A stretch of 63,264 bases of DNA, filler included, from Sluysia triapertura (lineage: Eukaryota): NCBI GenBank assembly GCA_046118255.1. It is 4 parts of 4 records of this genome, joined end to end, with 100 filler letters (N's around TTAATTAATTAA, not from the genome) between each part and the next. Parts side by side here need not be neighbours in the genome. Positions count along the whole stretch, not along the records: positions 17,131 to 35,415 come from JBJNIA010159710.1; positions 35,516 to 48,135 come from JBJNIA010094227.1; 2 more parts are not named here. One strand, given 5' to 3'. This document shows positions 24,056 to 37,066 of the stretch, piece after piece; within the stretch, counting starts at the first letter, position 1; every line of letters starts with the position of its first letter. The translations under genes were made by a program, and so were the position numbers. The notes under the pieces are model-generated. The model saw only the letters and a program-made list of their open reading frames with translations. It was not told the DNA's origin and searched no databases.

Positions 24056-26235
24056 TTAAATAAAAAAATTGATTTTTTTTGCCTGTTTTTTTCAAAGAAG
24101 TGTGTGTCTATTAATTTATAAATTTCATCAATGGTTAATACTGAAATTACAAAATTAAATAATTATTATGGAATTAAATTTATAGTAACAGTATATTAAT
24201 ATTGGAATTATTGAAATAAATATTATTGGAATTTATTATTACAAATAGTATATAAAGACCAACATGTTGCATTATATTACCACAATTATTATCAGGTTTA
24301 TATTGAATATATTGAAGAATTGAATATTTGAAGTAACAATTTCTTATCGAATCTATTGAAGACTATTGTTAGGTTTATTGAATTAAAACTTTGAATTAGA
24401 TTGAATTTAACTGTGAAGTTATTCAAAGAAAGAGAAATTGAACAATAAACTTTTTGAGTAAACTAATATAAAATCATTAAATTGCGCATGGTAATCACAT
24501 TTTTGTTAAACATATTTTTATATATAGTTTTTTGGTTAATTAAACTTGTGTTTTAACTAAGTCTTTTTATTAAGTTTGAAATTTTAAACACTTAAAATTA
24601 ATTGCTCTTCCATGTGTTACATCAGAGACGAGTAGAGACTTGAACCTTCAGAGTAGGAGTTAAGTAATTTTATAAAAATCAGCAGTAAATAACAAAGTAA
24701 AAGTTAAACGTAAAACTGAAATAAAATTAGATTTTACAAAATTTATAATAAAACATTTATAACACTTCGTTTTTTGTGTCATCTCATACACATTTTCTCC
24801 ATCACTGATTGGTAGACAAGTAATTTCATCTGTCTTTTTCAGAGAAATCTGCAATAATTCATGAAATGTAACTTCTACATACATTTGTGAAACCCAGTGT
24901 GTTTAAAACGAGATTATTTAAGAAGTTTTGAGTAAAATTAAGCTTTATTGATTCGTGCTGAGGAAAAATCAAACAATACTTCGTCATGTAGAAGATTCAA
25001 AATAATCACAATTGAAATAAATTTATGAATACCTTACTCAAATACCTACAATTTAATTCAAATGCTTTGTGAACGAGAATTTAATCTATGCTCTCTGTGT
25101 TTTCTTTTTAGATCTGTATTGTGAATTTGTTTTAATTAATATTTTTTGAAATTTCAAAACCCTACAAAAATAGTTCTATGTCTTACACACAGGAATGTGC
25201 CCAGATAGCTGCACGAAGTTTGGAGATCCGTTGTTCAAGTGCAAAGATTGTTGAGAACAATTAAGGGAAAACATGCTTAAATTGACTCAAAAACTCATGA
25301 CTACGGGATCTATGACTGACACCCTTCCAAATCCAGGGAACCTGAGGTAATGTAAGTTGTTCAAGAAATGTTAACCCGTAGACCGCAAAATTCAATTCGA
25401 CAAGTAACAATGGAAAGTTGGCTCTCCTTTAACTGTGTATGTGTAGTACTAAAAGTGAGCGTCCTTGGAAGCCGACATTCGTAAGGAATTTGAAGAGATA
25501 ATATTGGCTTTGTTTAGAGATTCGCATGATCTCTTTAAAACTATTCTCCGGAGTGATGAATACGTGAAGTTATGGCTTTCATCCAGCTAGAGTTTCTTGT
25601 GAAATCAATTGATGCGATTCCTGTCGACTTGAGAAACTGGTGGCGAATGATGATGCCTGTATTGAATTTTAAATAAAGTCCATATCATATCATAAATTAT
25701 ATTTATATGATAAACCAGCGACCCAATAAAATTTTTTTAGATTGTTCTACAACCCAATTTTTTATTACATAAAGGAATGCTAAGAAATAAAAAAGACATA
25801 TATTATTGGCGCTAATTAGCGTTTTGGTAGTATAAATTAATTTTTTTGTATGTAGTTTATATTTATATTATAATATATTATATTATTTATACTAAGCCGC
25901 GAGTCACTTTTCAATCACCATGCACATATTTTAAATCATAGTAAGTATAAGTAAGAGTACCAATAGGAAAAAGATATGAATGAGTGTATTAAGAGAATAA
26001 TGATGAAGGTTTGTCAAATGGCAATTACAATAAACATTTCCACTGAAAACATTGTGATTCTTTCGATGAGAAAATGAGATGCTGAAATGAAAGATGATTT
26101 AGGGATAGTGCGAGTGATTAAGAAAAAAGTTGATTATCGACATATAAAAATTCCGCTGAATTAAACGCTACTGTTAAAGAAGTGAAGTAAATTTAATTTG
26201 TTTAACAAAATCCAATAAACGATAACAAATCTAAC

Positions 26236-26730
26236 TCTGCATCTATCTCGTTTGACGGCATTTTGAAGCGTCAGAAATCCTCCTGGCATACCACTTCCTT
26301 CAGCAAGTATTTGTTCCAACTCGAGGCCCGCTCCGCCACTAGTGAGCGTTCTTATCAAGGTCAATGCATTTTCATTGAAATATGCTGTGCTTAACAGTGA
26401 GTCGAGCACACTGACAGCAAATGCTCGGCCGCAAGCAAAAGGCTGAGTCATAAAAAATTCTGTATTCGGACCGTCATCATCATCTTGATCCAGAAATTGC
26501 ACATTACTGTCCATCGCCAATTCGGTGAGAGTTTGGATTTCTGCACCTGTACTGTACATACCAAACGTTTGATTTTTAGATTTAGTTTTCGTTGTTCGTT
26601 TCTGCATATCGTTAGTTGTAATTTGATTTGGTGCGGACGACAATGAACACTGCAGTTGTTTTCTTTCACTTTCTGGAATCAATTCAGGAAATTCTTCCGA
26701 TTTGTATTCGTCAGTATCAAATGCCATTGC
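26236..26730 (-). CDS. KCNMA1: BK/Slo1 channel alpha subunit, calcium-bowl exon
   Basis: aattag|GCA ... AGA|gttaga, 495 nt, phase 0/0. Encodes [51 protein letters not shown]...RDRCR. Confidence 0.95.
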
Positions 26731-28660
26731 CTAATTTTGATAAACGAACATTAATTATCGAATATTACAATGTTTATCGCGCTTATTATTTGTTTACGAA
26801 AATGAAGACATTGCCAAGAAACAGGAAATGATAAACACACCGATTTCTTGAAGGAGCACGAAAAAGGTGAAACAAAGAAGTCATTGTTAGTAATTGTTTT
26901 ATAACCTATTCAATTCATATTCGTCTTCTTGATCTAGATAATCATTTAAATAGAATAGATCGGAACTATAGTACAAAGTCTTCCGAATTCAACAATTTCA
27001 TTGGACATACGTAACTCCGATTATATAATGTGAAAAATTGATTAATAAAAGGTCTGTTTCAAGTAGAATTTTCAAAAGAAGAAGTAATAAATAATGTGTA
27101 ACAAATCATTAATCTTAACATTATCTTTATTTATTATCTTTAGTAATCTGTAATTTGGATAATCTCTTTTTGTAGCATGAACATGTGAAATTATTTCTTC
27201 ACTCCCTTATTATCATCATTATTATCATCGAATGCGATTTGTATAAAGTGTTGAAAAATTTTATTTTCTTTTTTGTTGCGGTGCTACTTAATTTAGTAGT
27301 ATACTTATGTAAAGTTGACTTTCACGTTGCGGTATGTTAAAATTTTCGATATTTTCATTTAATTTTTGACATTCTTTTAAATCATCATTTATACTGCTCT
27401 AAATTGCATAAATTTAACTATAGACCTTAATTCTATTTAATCTCATAAATTCTTCTTCTTCTTTTTCTTTTCCTCTTCGTTAGCAAGTGTTTTTTAACTC
27501 AAAAACAATATAAATATTTTTTCTTCATGAAATTCAGCCAATTGTTCTCGACAAAAATCTCGTTCCTATTGTTATTCTTTTAAGCATTCTTTACTTTTTT
27601 CTATCTCCATCAAATGGAGGGTTTGGAAATTTAAGAAGGACGATGTAATATATTTTATAGAAATTTCATTGTTCGTTTAATTATTGATTCTAATTTATGA
27701 AAATTTAATACATTGAGTTATTTAACTGTTGTGTGGTTGTGTAGGTGTATGGTGTTTTGTGTAGCGATAAATTTTGAGTGAACTCGAGAGAGTCATTCAG
27801 TTTATTTTTATTTATTTAGAAAACAACTATTTAAATGGTAATGTAAGAACTATTGATAGCCAATGAAATTGTTGAAATATAAACAATGTTTTATTAAGAA
27901 ATATGTTTAGTTTAAATAAACTTCTATCTTATAATTAAATAAATGTTTCAGTTAGCTATATATCATTTAAAAAATATTATTTTGTGGAATAAGATGGAGT
28001 TTAAGCGAAGCTGACATAAATTTTGTGGAAAAATGCAAAGAAGATTAACTCCGTGCTTGGTAACGGTACTGTGTCTGCGAGAAACAGTTTGCAATCTCAT
28101 CGTTTTGTTTATATTTCTCAATTCGATATTATTTTCTACCGAACACGACTTTCGTTCCATTCCTATATTATTTGGAATTATAAATTTGTTGAATGTTCAC
28201 TCAAATAAAGATTATTTAAAAGTTTGAAACAATGGAATACAAAAAGGCTTAAAACCTTTCTATGTATATAAGTAACTATGATTTACAAAATTTTCCATTT
28301 AATAAAATCGAAGTTGTATTGAAAGTTATAGTCGTAAATAAAGTTGCTTTAGTTTTCGAGAAATATTGGAGCCACAAAAGCAAGATACACTAAAATAGAT
28401 ATCTTTATATTTAAATAAAGAATTCATACGTTTTTATTTTAAATTAATTTAAGCAGAATTTTAATTTCAGCACAAAATAATTTTCCAATTATGAGTTGTT
28501 CCAAAATTAACCTATCAAATGACTTCTAATTAGTGTGCATTTTATGGTAAAAAATATTCATTTTCATTGCTATTTCATACAATGACAAAAATTTTCTCAT
28601 TTCTATTCTATAATTATTTCTCCATAATCCAATTTTATTATATTGTTAGACTTCATAAAA

Positions 28661-28697
28661 TGGACTGACCGGGAATCGAACCCGGCACCTCTCGCTG
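28661..28697 (-). pseudogene. tRNA 3'-half fragment (tRNA pseudogene or SINE relic)
   Basis: Minus strand GCGAGAGGTGCCGGGTTCGATTCCCGGTCAGTCCA then TTTT: an intact T-arm (CCGGG-TTCGATT-CCCGG). The 5' half is replaced by (TAA)n. Confidence 0.65.
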
Positions 28698-28764
28698 AAC
28701 TTATTATCATTATTATTATTATTGTTATTATTATTATTATTACTGTTGTTATCATTACTATTAC

Positions 28765-29088
28765 NNNNNNNNNNNNNNNNNNNNNNNNNNNNNNNNNNNN
28801 NNNNNNNNNNNNNNNNNNNNNNNNNNNNNNNNNNNNNNNNNNNNNNNNNNNNNNNNNNNNNNNNNNNNNNNNNNNNNNNNNNNNNNNNNNNNNNNNNNNN
28901 NNNNNNNNNNNNNNNNNNNNNNNNNNNNNNNNNNNNNNNNNNNNNNNNNNNNNNNNNNNNNNNNNNNNNNNNNNNNNNNNNNNNNNNNNNNNNNNNNNNN
29001 NNNNNNNNNNNNNNNNNNNNNNNNNNNNNNNNNNNNNNNNNNNNNNNNNNNNNNNNNNNNNNNNNNNNNNNNNNNNNNNNNNNNNNNN
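28765..29088. other. Sequence gap (324 N)
   Basis: N run following an (ATT)n microsatellite inside a Slo1 intron. Confidence 0.98.
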
Positions 29089-29389
29089 TTGTATCTTTTG
29101 CATTATTCAAAATTCTTTAACTTCTTTATGGTACTGAATCAATTTACACAACATGTTAACGATTTTCACTACAACGTGTCAATATTTACAAAATATCAAT
29201 AAAACGAACAAGTCCAAAATGAGCTCAATCATTCAAAACGGCTCCGACAGAAACAATGTGAAATGATTGAATACTCGATCATCGGATTGGAATAATCGAC
29301 TTTACATGTATTTCCATGAAAATAGGATAAAGTTAAAATAAAATTAAACCCTTGATCAAAAAAACACAAAAGAACACTTTTTGACTTAC

Positions 29390-29836
29390 TTGTAAATTCA
29401 AAGAACATAATATAGCTTCTTTATCAACCAAATAAGCATCATCAGAACTGGAAATACTTTTACTGGTCACAATGACACACATGCGACTCATGTTTACATT
29501 GACTGCTCTCAGATTGCCGCGACTTAATGGACTACCAATTAAAACAGACAATCGAGGAAAATTTGCCAAGGTCGGCCATTCACGTTTAATAAAATCAAAA
29601 TTGGCAATGAAAATTATATGCGCTAATTCTGAGTAATGTAAATTGCTGGCTCTTAGAGGCATGACAAAATTTCGTAGACCCAATAAAGCAGACTGCGCTT
29701 CTGCAAACACACAAACAACAATATGATCACTGAATACACACGAGTTTAGTGACTCTGGAGACAGTATTACAGATTCCAATGAATGTTCGGCACACCAATG
29801 GAACATGCCCGTACTATCGAATCTTTTTTCCATTTG
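29390..29836 (-). CDS. KCNMA1: BK/Slo1 channel alpha subunit, RCK2 N-terminal exon
   Basis: gtttcag|CAA ... CAA|gtaagt, 447 nt. Encodes FDSTGMFHWC...HIVVCVF...GLRNFVMPLRASN...GSPLSRGNLRAVNVN...DKEAILCSLNL and joins in frame to the next exon (SLNLQ|AMAFD). Confidence 0.96.
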
Positions 29837-29858
29837 CTGAAACAATAAACAATAAATA

Positions 29859-30265
29859 TTGAGTTGGTGAATAAGTTCATGCATACTGATCAAGAATAAA
29901 AATTCCAGATAACAAAATGAATTTATTAAATCATTAGAAAAAACAAATATCTCAGTCTCAATTGGTGAGGTATTCTCCGTGATTTTTGGTCGCAAAAATT
30001 CTTCAATCCACATCGTTATTGCTTTTTCGTTTTCAAATGTGAGACCAGAAAGTTGGTTAAAATAGTAAAGGAGTAGATGCCGGAAATGTTCATTTTTATC
30101 TACCTAACACTCCATTTTAATGAGGGTGATGAAAATGAAAGTTAGTCTAAAATGATTTAAATAGATAATTTAGCTGAATGAATATAACTCAAATCAGTTA
30201 AAACAAGAAGTTGGTGTGTTTTCTTTGCAACAAATAAAACCGCACGAATTTATACGACAGCCCAA
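29859..30265 (-). mobile_element. Mariner deletion derivative
   Basis: TA-flanked imperfect TIRs (TTGAGTTGGTGAATAAGTTCATGC / TTGGGCTGTCGTATAAATTCGTGC, 17 of 24 identical). Minus frames NQLSGLTFENEKAITMWIEEF and NHGEYLTN* resemble the mariner transposase C-terminus. Confidence 0.75.
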
Positions 30266-31786
30266 TAAAAATACTTTTTATATCAAATATGTATAATTTC
30301 GAAATGACACATTACAAAAAACTTTCCATTGATCGAACAGATGGTTTGGATGTCTGTAAATATAGTTTATTTGAATCTGTATTATATATTTTATATTCTT
30401 TTATTTTTTATCGATTCTTATCCGTGCTTTTAATTTCATTTTGAGTTAGCTCTAAAATCCCCAATGTTGAGGAAAGTAGTGCTGACTTTTCTCTTTTTGC
30501 CTCTTAAATTCAAACTTTAATTAAAACACAATGTTTTCAAAATTTATCAAATTGTATAATTAGCCGTAGATAAAGCACAATTATCAATCTTTGGCAAATT
30601 ATAATTATGAAGTAAAAAGTAAACACGATTTCTCTTTATTTACTAATTTCTTAGTACTTACAATCTGGTCAATTTCTATACTATGCATTATATTACTGAC
30701 AGATCTATTATATTATATTGATATTATTGTAGTAACACTTACAAAAAATATTTAATCAACCAAATCGGTATGAATTTTTTATCAATTTTTAATTTTACTA
30801 CATAATTTATAATATTGTCTACTTTTGATAATAAGTAACACAGATAAATAATAAAAATGATAATCAGATTTTTCAAGCATCTATAAACATTCAAGCACAG
30901 AAAAGTTTTGCGTGTTCCAAGGTGTTTTTCTCTACGATCGATAAAAGGACTATTTGTCTATATATTAAGATCATGTTTTTCAAAAGAAATTGTAAAGTAT
31001 TTTTTGCTTGTTTAAGTTGACCTGTTAAATCGATTTTCGTATTTCATGCACTTCGTCTATTAACCTAACTCTAGGTTGATCTCTGCAAGCTTCCACATTT
31101 GGTTGATATAATCTTGTATACAACTCTCAGTGGTGCTTCTTTATCGACTAAAGTTTTCTTTGAGTATTCTATATTTCTTTGATTTTGAGGCCCATTTTGA
31201 GCCATTTCCCCCTGAAAATTTGTCAAACATTGTTCAGTTAATCGTGAATTTCGGCCATAATCCAGCAATAGAAACACAGTTGTCAAAATTTTCCACACTA
31301 TCATAATACGCAATACCGGGTGATGCATTTTTAGAGCCTAGCATAAGAATCAATTTATCATGGTTGTTGGGCCACCCGATTTAAGCTTAGGTTATAATGA
31401 CATGATCTTCTTTATACATGTCGAAAACATTTTCTAACTGTTAAGATAGTTTAGCCTTGTACAGTAAAATAGAGTTTTGGATAAGCGTTTTTGATGTTTC
31501 GATTTATTAGCATTTAATCTTTCAGATTGATAATAAAATTTGTGCGAATTATTTGAAATATTGTCGAATTTATCTTCAAGTAACCATAACAACGATGATT
31601 TCGAAAAAACAAAAAAATACAAAATGAGTAATTAAAGAAAAGAATAGAATAGAATCAATAAATAGAATAGAACAATAATAATAATAATAAATAATAAAAC
31701 AAGAATGGAAGTAAAATCGATGCCAACAATACAATAACAATAATAATTCTAACACAATGATTTGACAATAACATTCCAGTTTATAT

Positions 31787-31890
31787 CAGGGACGAACTAA
31801 GGCCTAGGCAACCTAGACACGTACCTAGGGCCCGAAAATTAGGTTTTTCACTTTTACAATGTGAATTACAATGTTGCCTAGGGCCCGCGT
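31787..31890. mobile_element. hAT-like terminal sequence
   Basis: CAGGGACGAACTAAGGCCTAGGCAACCTAGACACGTACCTAGGGCCC plus a repeated GCCTAGGGCCC, typical of hAT CAGGG termini with subterminal CCTAGG motifs. No partner end found. Confidence 0.55.
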
Positions 31891-32789
31891 TATATCTATG
31901 TGTAATTGTTGGAATTTGCATCGTTATGTTATGTGAAAATTGTTTCTGTTTCGGTACATATTATGTGTTATTTGTTGATTTGATAAATGTGTTGAAGTAT
32001 GTTCAAGATTCTGTTTATTATAAATGTGCTGCTAGTTTTAGGGTTGTGTCTTGATCTCAGTGTTTTCAAAACATCAGTTAACTCATCAGTAAAGTCATTT
32101 TTTAATTTTTGAAAAAAATCAGATTTATTTCTTGACATTCGATATTTAGATATACTTGATGCTCTGATGCGAAATTTATAGTTTCTTTTTGGTAATTTGA
32201 TGATTTTTCTTAATCAAAACTAAACCTCTGACTTCGAAACTTCGTTTATAACTTTCTATATAAATTAAATTAAAGTAATAAACTTTGTATTTGACAATTT
32301 AGATTTATTTTCCTACTGAAGTTTGTACTATTCATTGTGAAGTCAATTCCTGGGTCCAATTAGGTTTCAAAAAGATCATATTTCAGAATTAATTCTTGTG
32401 CCTGCAAGTGTACAGAATTGTAATTATAAGATAATGAAAATATCTGTTAAATTCCACGATTATTTGTAGTTTATTGCAAAATGTCTAGGGATTATCGATT
32501 TCTTGCTCAAGAACTATAATTCAAAAATTACAGTAAAACCCTAATTTTGGAGTAATTTTTCCACAACTTAATAGCAATCCCTATGAAAGGAAACACTTTT
32601 TGATTGAATAATTATTCCCTGGTTTCTAGATTTTGTTCTAATAAACTCCTTTTTTAAAATTTCAAGAAAAACCACTTTGCTTGAGGCAAATTATTATTCA
32701 GATAAATTTCAATCCGATAAAAGTTTATTATTCTTAGTTTTCAATTTATTTCACAAAATTTTAGATAGGTTAACTTATAATCAAAAAAT

Positions 32790-33330
32790 CAGAATATGTA
32801 AGGAAACTGAGGCTGGTCTCTCTATAATGTGAGAAATATCTGATTTCTAAAGGAAGCCTACATCGCCTGAAATCTTAGCTTTGCCTTGATCCATAAAACT
32901 TGAAGAAAAGCAGTACATTTCGTTATCTCAGATCCAAAAATTTCCCAATTATCGCACATAAAATCGCAATACATGTAAAACAATTTGACATCAAAGTCAA
33001 AACTCTTCGAGACGAATCCCGATCAGCAGATAAAGAAAGTATAGCAAGCTTCGAGGAATGTGGCGAAGAAAATGTTTTCAAGTGTGATGAAAAAGCTTTC
33101 GACACTAAGAGCATTAAGAGAACTGTCGACATCGAATATGATAATAACAATTATTTTTGAAAATTGGTTATCTTGTTTAAATGAAATGAGGGCAAAAAAA
33201 GATAAATAGCTCTGTTAGTGAACAATGCAGCTTGTCTCACACGCAACATTCAAACAACCAAATGATCAGGGAATAATCAATCCTTCAAAATTATTTGAAA
33301 CTGTTTCGCAAAAGCCCTGGAAATTGCAAT
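32790..33330 (+). mobile_element. pogo/Tigger transposase remnant
   Basis: DESRSADKESIASF...ENVFKCDEKAF (cf. GESASAD...VFNCDETGL), followed by NNAAC, QPNDQGII and NCFAKA in broken frames. Confidence 0.8.
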
Positions 33331-33798
33331 TGAAAACATTAGAACAAAGAATGTCCGGTCAATCAAAATATTGTGGAGAAGGCAATGTCAGAGACCATCA
33401 GTGACAAGAGACTATGGATGATGAAAAAATAATAAATGATGTGGAATGTGCTTTCGCGATGTTCCTTAATATAGTTAAACAAGAAACCTATACATGTTCA
33501 AAGCCGATATAAACAAAAGAACATGAAAATAACTTATACTTTCATTAACTTATCTTGTTTTTTGATTATTGTAAATCCGTTTTTGATGATCTCCATTTTT
33601 TGAGAATATCGGCGCAAAATAATCTCCTTTTCGAGGTCAAATTGTATTAATTATATCAAAAATAATCAGATTTGATTATATACTCACAATTATAAATAGA
33701 TTATTGTTAATAATATTAATAATATTAATAATATAAGATTTCGACAAATAAGAGTGTCATTGTTATACTTTACAATTAATATCCATAAAACATATTAC

Positions 33799-34088
33799 TT
33801 GCATTCCCAATAAACCAGGAACTCGACTGTTTTTCCAAAATGCTTGTAATTGTTGTTGTTGTTGCATACGTCTACGTCGAATAGTTGCCGTAGATGTGAT
33901 GGGTGGTGCACTTGATATAACATTAGAAGTGGATCTTGAATCATCTGAAATTGGTTGAGACACTATAATAGTTGTAGAAGGTCTTGATTTACGTGCCAAA
34001 ATTTTTGATTGATTACGCATTTTAACTGGAAATATTTCTGATGTGATTGAAGATCTGAAAGACACAGATTTGCGAGAAATTGATGATT
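33799..34088 (-). CDS. KCNMA1: BK/Slo1 channel, probable RCK1-RCK2 linker exon (Ser/Arg/Gln-rich)
   Basis: ttttag|AA TCA... (phase 1) to ATG CAA|gtaata (phase 0). Open frame SSISRKSVSFRSS...RRRRMQQQQQ...GLLGMQ joins in frame to QMEKRFDSTG. Assigned by position and phase, not by sequence conservation. Confidence 0.65.
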
Positions 34089-34434
34089 CTAAAATTATTT
34101 TTCAATTCATAATTTGATAATATTATTGGTAAATCTTAACCAATGAAAATTATTTAAACAAAATAAATAATAATTAGATATTATATACACTAAGTTTTAC
34201 TCAATTTTTTATGATTCCTATGTAAGCCACCAGCCTTTAAATAATATTGTAACCGATTATTGTTGTTTTTATCGATTAATGTTTTCTGGTTTTTTGAATA
34301 TGGGTATTGCACATAACTGATCACCAATAAAATTATTATAGAAATTTATAAATATTTTTAATATGGAAATAATATATCAATTTATTAATAAGGTAAGTAC
34401 TACATTATGTACTTCAACAACAAGCTGTCGGAGA

Positions 34435-34521
34435 AAATGTCAAATTAATGGACGATTGTGAAATGTCAAATTAATTGACGATTGTGAAATGTCAAATTAA
34501 TGGACGATTGTGAAATGTCAA
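34435..34521. repeat. 26-bp tandem repeat, about 3.3 copies
   Basis: AAATGTCAAATTAAT(G/T)GACGATTGTG repeated head to tail with one mismatch. Confidence 0.95.
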
Positions 34522-35415
34522 TAACAATTTAAGTACTAAGGTAGATATTATTAAAGTACTGGTAGTTATGTTCAGTTTAATTTTTAGAACGAAATAAGTC
34601 AATTTGAATAAAAGAAAATAAATTGTAATTGATATATGCCAATGAAATATATTATTGTTATTGTTATTTTATTAGACAAAAGAATATTAATTTATTAATT
34701 CACCATTGAAATTAAAATCCATTATTTTCTCATAATTTTACTTAGTGTTCACAATATAACAATGTAACATGTTTTAAATACTTATATAATGTGAATAATA
34801 GATTTTGAAATTGTTAATAATTGGCTCAATTATTCTACAAAAAACACAATAATACTTATAAAATAGAATTTATATACATAAAAAAATCAATTTATTTGAT
34901 CAAACATTAATGTTATTATTGAATAGGTACAACCAATCATATCTATGCTTATTCAGTTTAACTTTTAATTATTTAAATTGCCTCAATGTTTTTATCTGTA
35001 AAGTCATCATAATTCTAATTCGTATCTGATGCTAAAAGTAGAAGTGCCTGGAGTTAGAAAATCGGCTTTTGACAATTGACATAACAATAGAAAAAGACAG
35101 TTATATCCTAGATTACTATTAGTTGTTACCAGGGCTGGGACTTTGAAGGATTTTCTTGAACAGCCCTTCTCAATAATTAAACTTCCACTGAATGATTTAA
35201 TAATAATGTATTATTCAGTTAAATATAATATAATAAAAACAAGAATGAGATTACAACGTAATGTTATGAATTTCGATGGCTTTTTAATAAAATAAAGGTA
35301 GTATATTTTTGAAACACCTACGAACAACTATTATTCCAAAATGAGAAATGTTTTGTATTATAAAACAATGATTGCCCAATTAGAAATTTATTGTAAATAT
35401 TCTAGAATTTTATTT

Positions 35416-35515
35416 NNNNNNNNNNNNNNNNNNNNNNNNNNNNNNNNNNNNNNNNNNNNTTAATTAATTAANNNNNNNNNNNNNNNNNNNNNNNNNNNNN
35501 NNNNNNNNNNNNNNN
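35416..35515. other. Assembly linker gap (44N + TTAATTAATTAA + 44N)
   Basis: Same linker as 17031-17130. Confidence 0.97.
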
Positions 35516-36043
35516 TAATGATTGTAGTTGTGAGTATTGTTGTTTTATGTGATGAATTTTACTTATTTTAAGTTAAGGGGTTGGCCACTACATCCATCTT
35601 GCATTATTATAATCTTATTTGAGGAAGATAATTTTCAAAAGAGATTCATTTGAATTTAATATTCTTGCATATTTTACAATAGTCCTTTTTTACTTTACTT
35701 ATTTACTTCAAAGTCTAGTATCAATTTGTAATGCTAGTTTTTTAATGCGCGCATATTTCTGAAACTTAAATATTACATTTTGTCAGATCGAACTAAATTC
35801 CTGATTATTAATTGCAAATTTATAACGCTCTAATATGGATAACAAAAATATTCTTTAATTAATTTTAGCGTTCTTAATGAAATATTAATATACGTAAATG
35901 CCAACTTACTCATAATAATATTGTTAAGGCATATATGTTGTGGTTTATTCAAATATGTTAAAATTTGAGTTACATATTTAAGTTAAAATTTGATTTACAT
36001 TTCTTAAAAAAATTTATTAATTATATTATGAAAACTTGTAAAT

Positions 36044-37066
36044 TCATTGATATAACTCAAGGTACAAAAACACAAATTTATTTATATTAATGTTGTGTTT
36101 TATAATGTTGTGTACACCTGATGAGATCCACATTTCGCTATCTGAATAAAAGTAAGATAATTTAATATCATCAAAGAAATGACTCAAATTATTTACTTTT
36201 GGTTTATTTAAACATGAATTGTTATTTGATGTATCCAGAATTGACGATCCGAGACTTCTGATAATGTTTTGGATTCTAGAGAGATGATAATCATCCTGTA
36301 AGTTTTCAGCCTCGCGTGGGCATATATGCAATCGATCCCATTTTTGATAAGTTCAATCGCATTTGGTGCGTTTATATCGTTTAGGCGTTTCTCTAATCAC
36401 AACCCATCTTGTAACTTATGATGTAAACTAGCAGCAGGGTTTTTGATATTTTCTTTGCTTTTCAATGTATTATAATTCTGTATAGTCGTTAATATCGGTC
36501 ATAACATTAATTAGAACTGCGAATTGCGTTTATATTTTGAGAAAAATTGTCATCATCGCTAATCATAATAGATTCTATATTCATTGATACATCACCGACA
36601 TTAAGAACTTCGAATGAATTGATAGCAACATTGTTCGAATCTAAATCAGCTAATTTTAATGCATCTGAATTAAACCACGTATTTACTAAAGGTAATATTG
36701 TTTCTGGCTTGAAATGTAAATCTTTGATTGACTTTAATGCGTGAAATATTTCAATCATTTGAAGATAAATAAACTTGATTCAGTATAACGATTTAAAGTT
36801 GATTCATTGATAGCATGAAGAATCCAAATTCTACTGTAAATAACATTTGTAGTAGGATCATTGTCATCATGCATGCATTCCCAGATATCTTTAGGAATCA
36901 CATCTTTTATAACTGTCCAAAATTGTTGATCTAAAATTAGATCGGGTTTATTGAGTTTTCGTACAATAATAGATGTATACCTAAATTGTTGATAAAGAAA
37001 TATTGCTTCAATGGCAGAACAGCCGTTAACTTTACACGTTAATATAACTTGTTTGAATCTTTTCAT
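36044..37066 (-). pseudogene. Frameshifted intronless coding region of unknown family
   Basis: Three consecutive same-strand ORFs (103, 83, 95 aa). The first two overlap by ATGA at 36755-36758, and the sequence between the second and third is coding-like. Confidence 0.45.

Noticed and set aside
28603-29137. Four ORFs of 132-166 aa
   Set aside because: Artefacts of translating through an N gap and (ATT)n.
31071-31328. 85-aa minus ORF as an extra Slo1 exon
   Set aside because: No Slo1 similarity or convincing splice pair; the flanking exons already join in frame.
34435-34521. Possible CRISPR-like array
   Set aside because: The repeats are contiguous with no unique spacers, there are no cas genes, and the context is eukaryotic.
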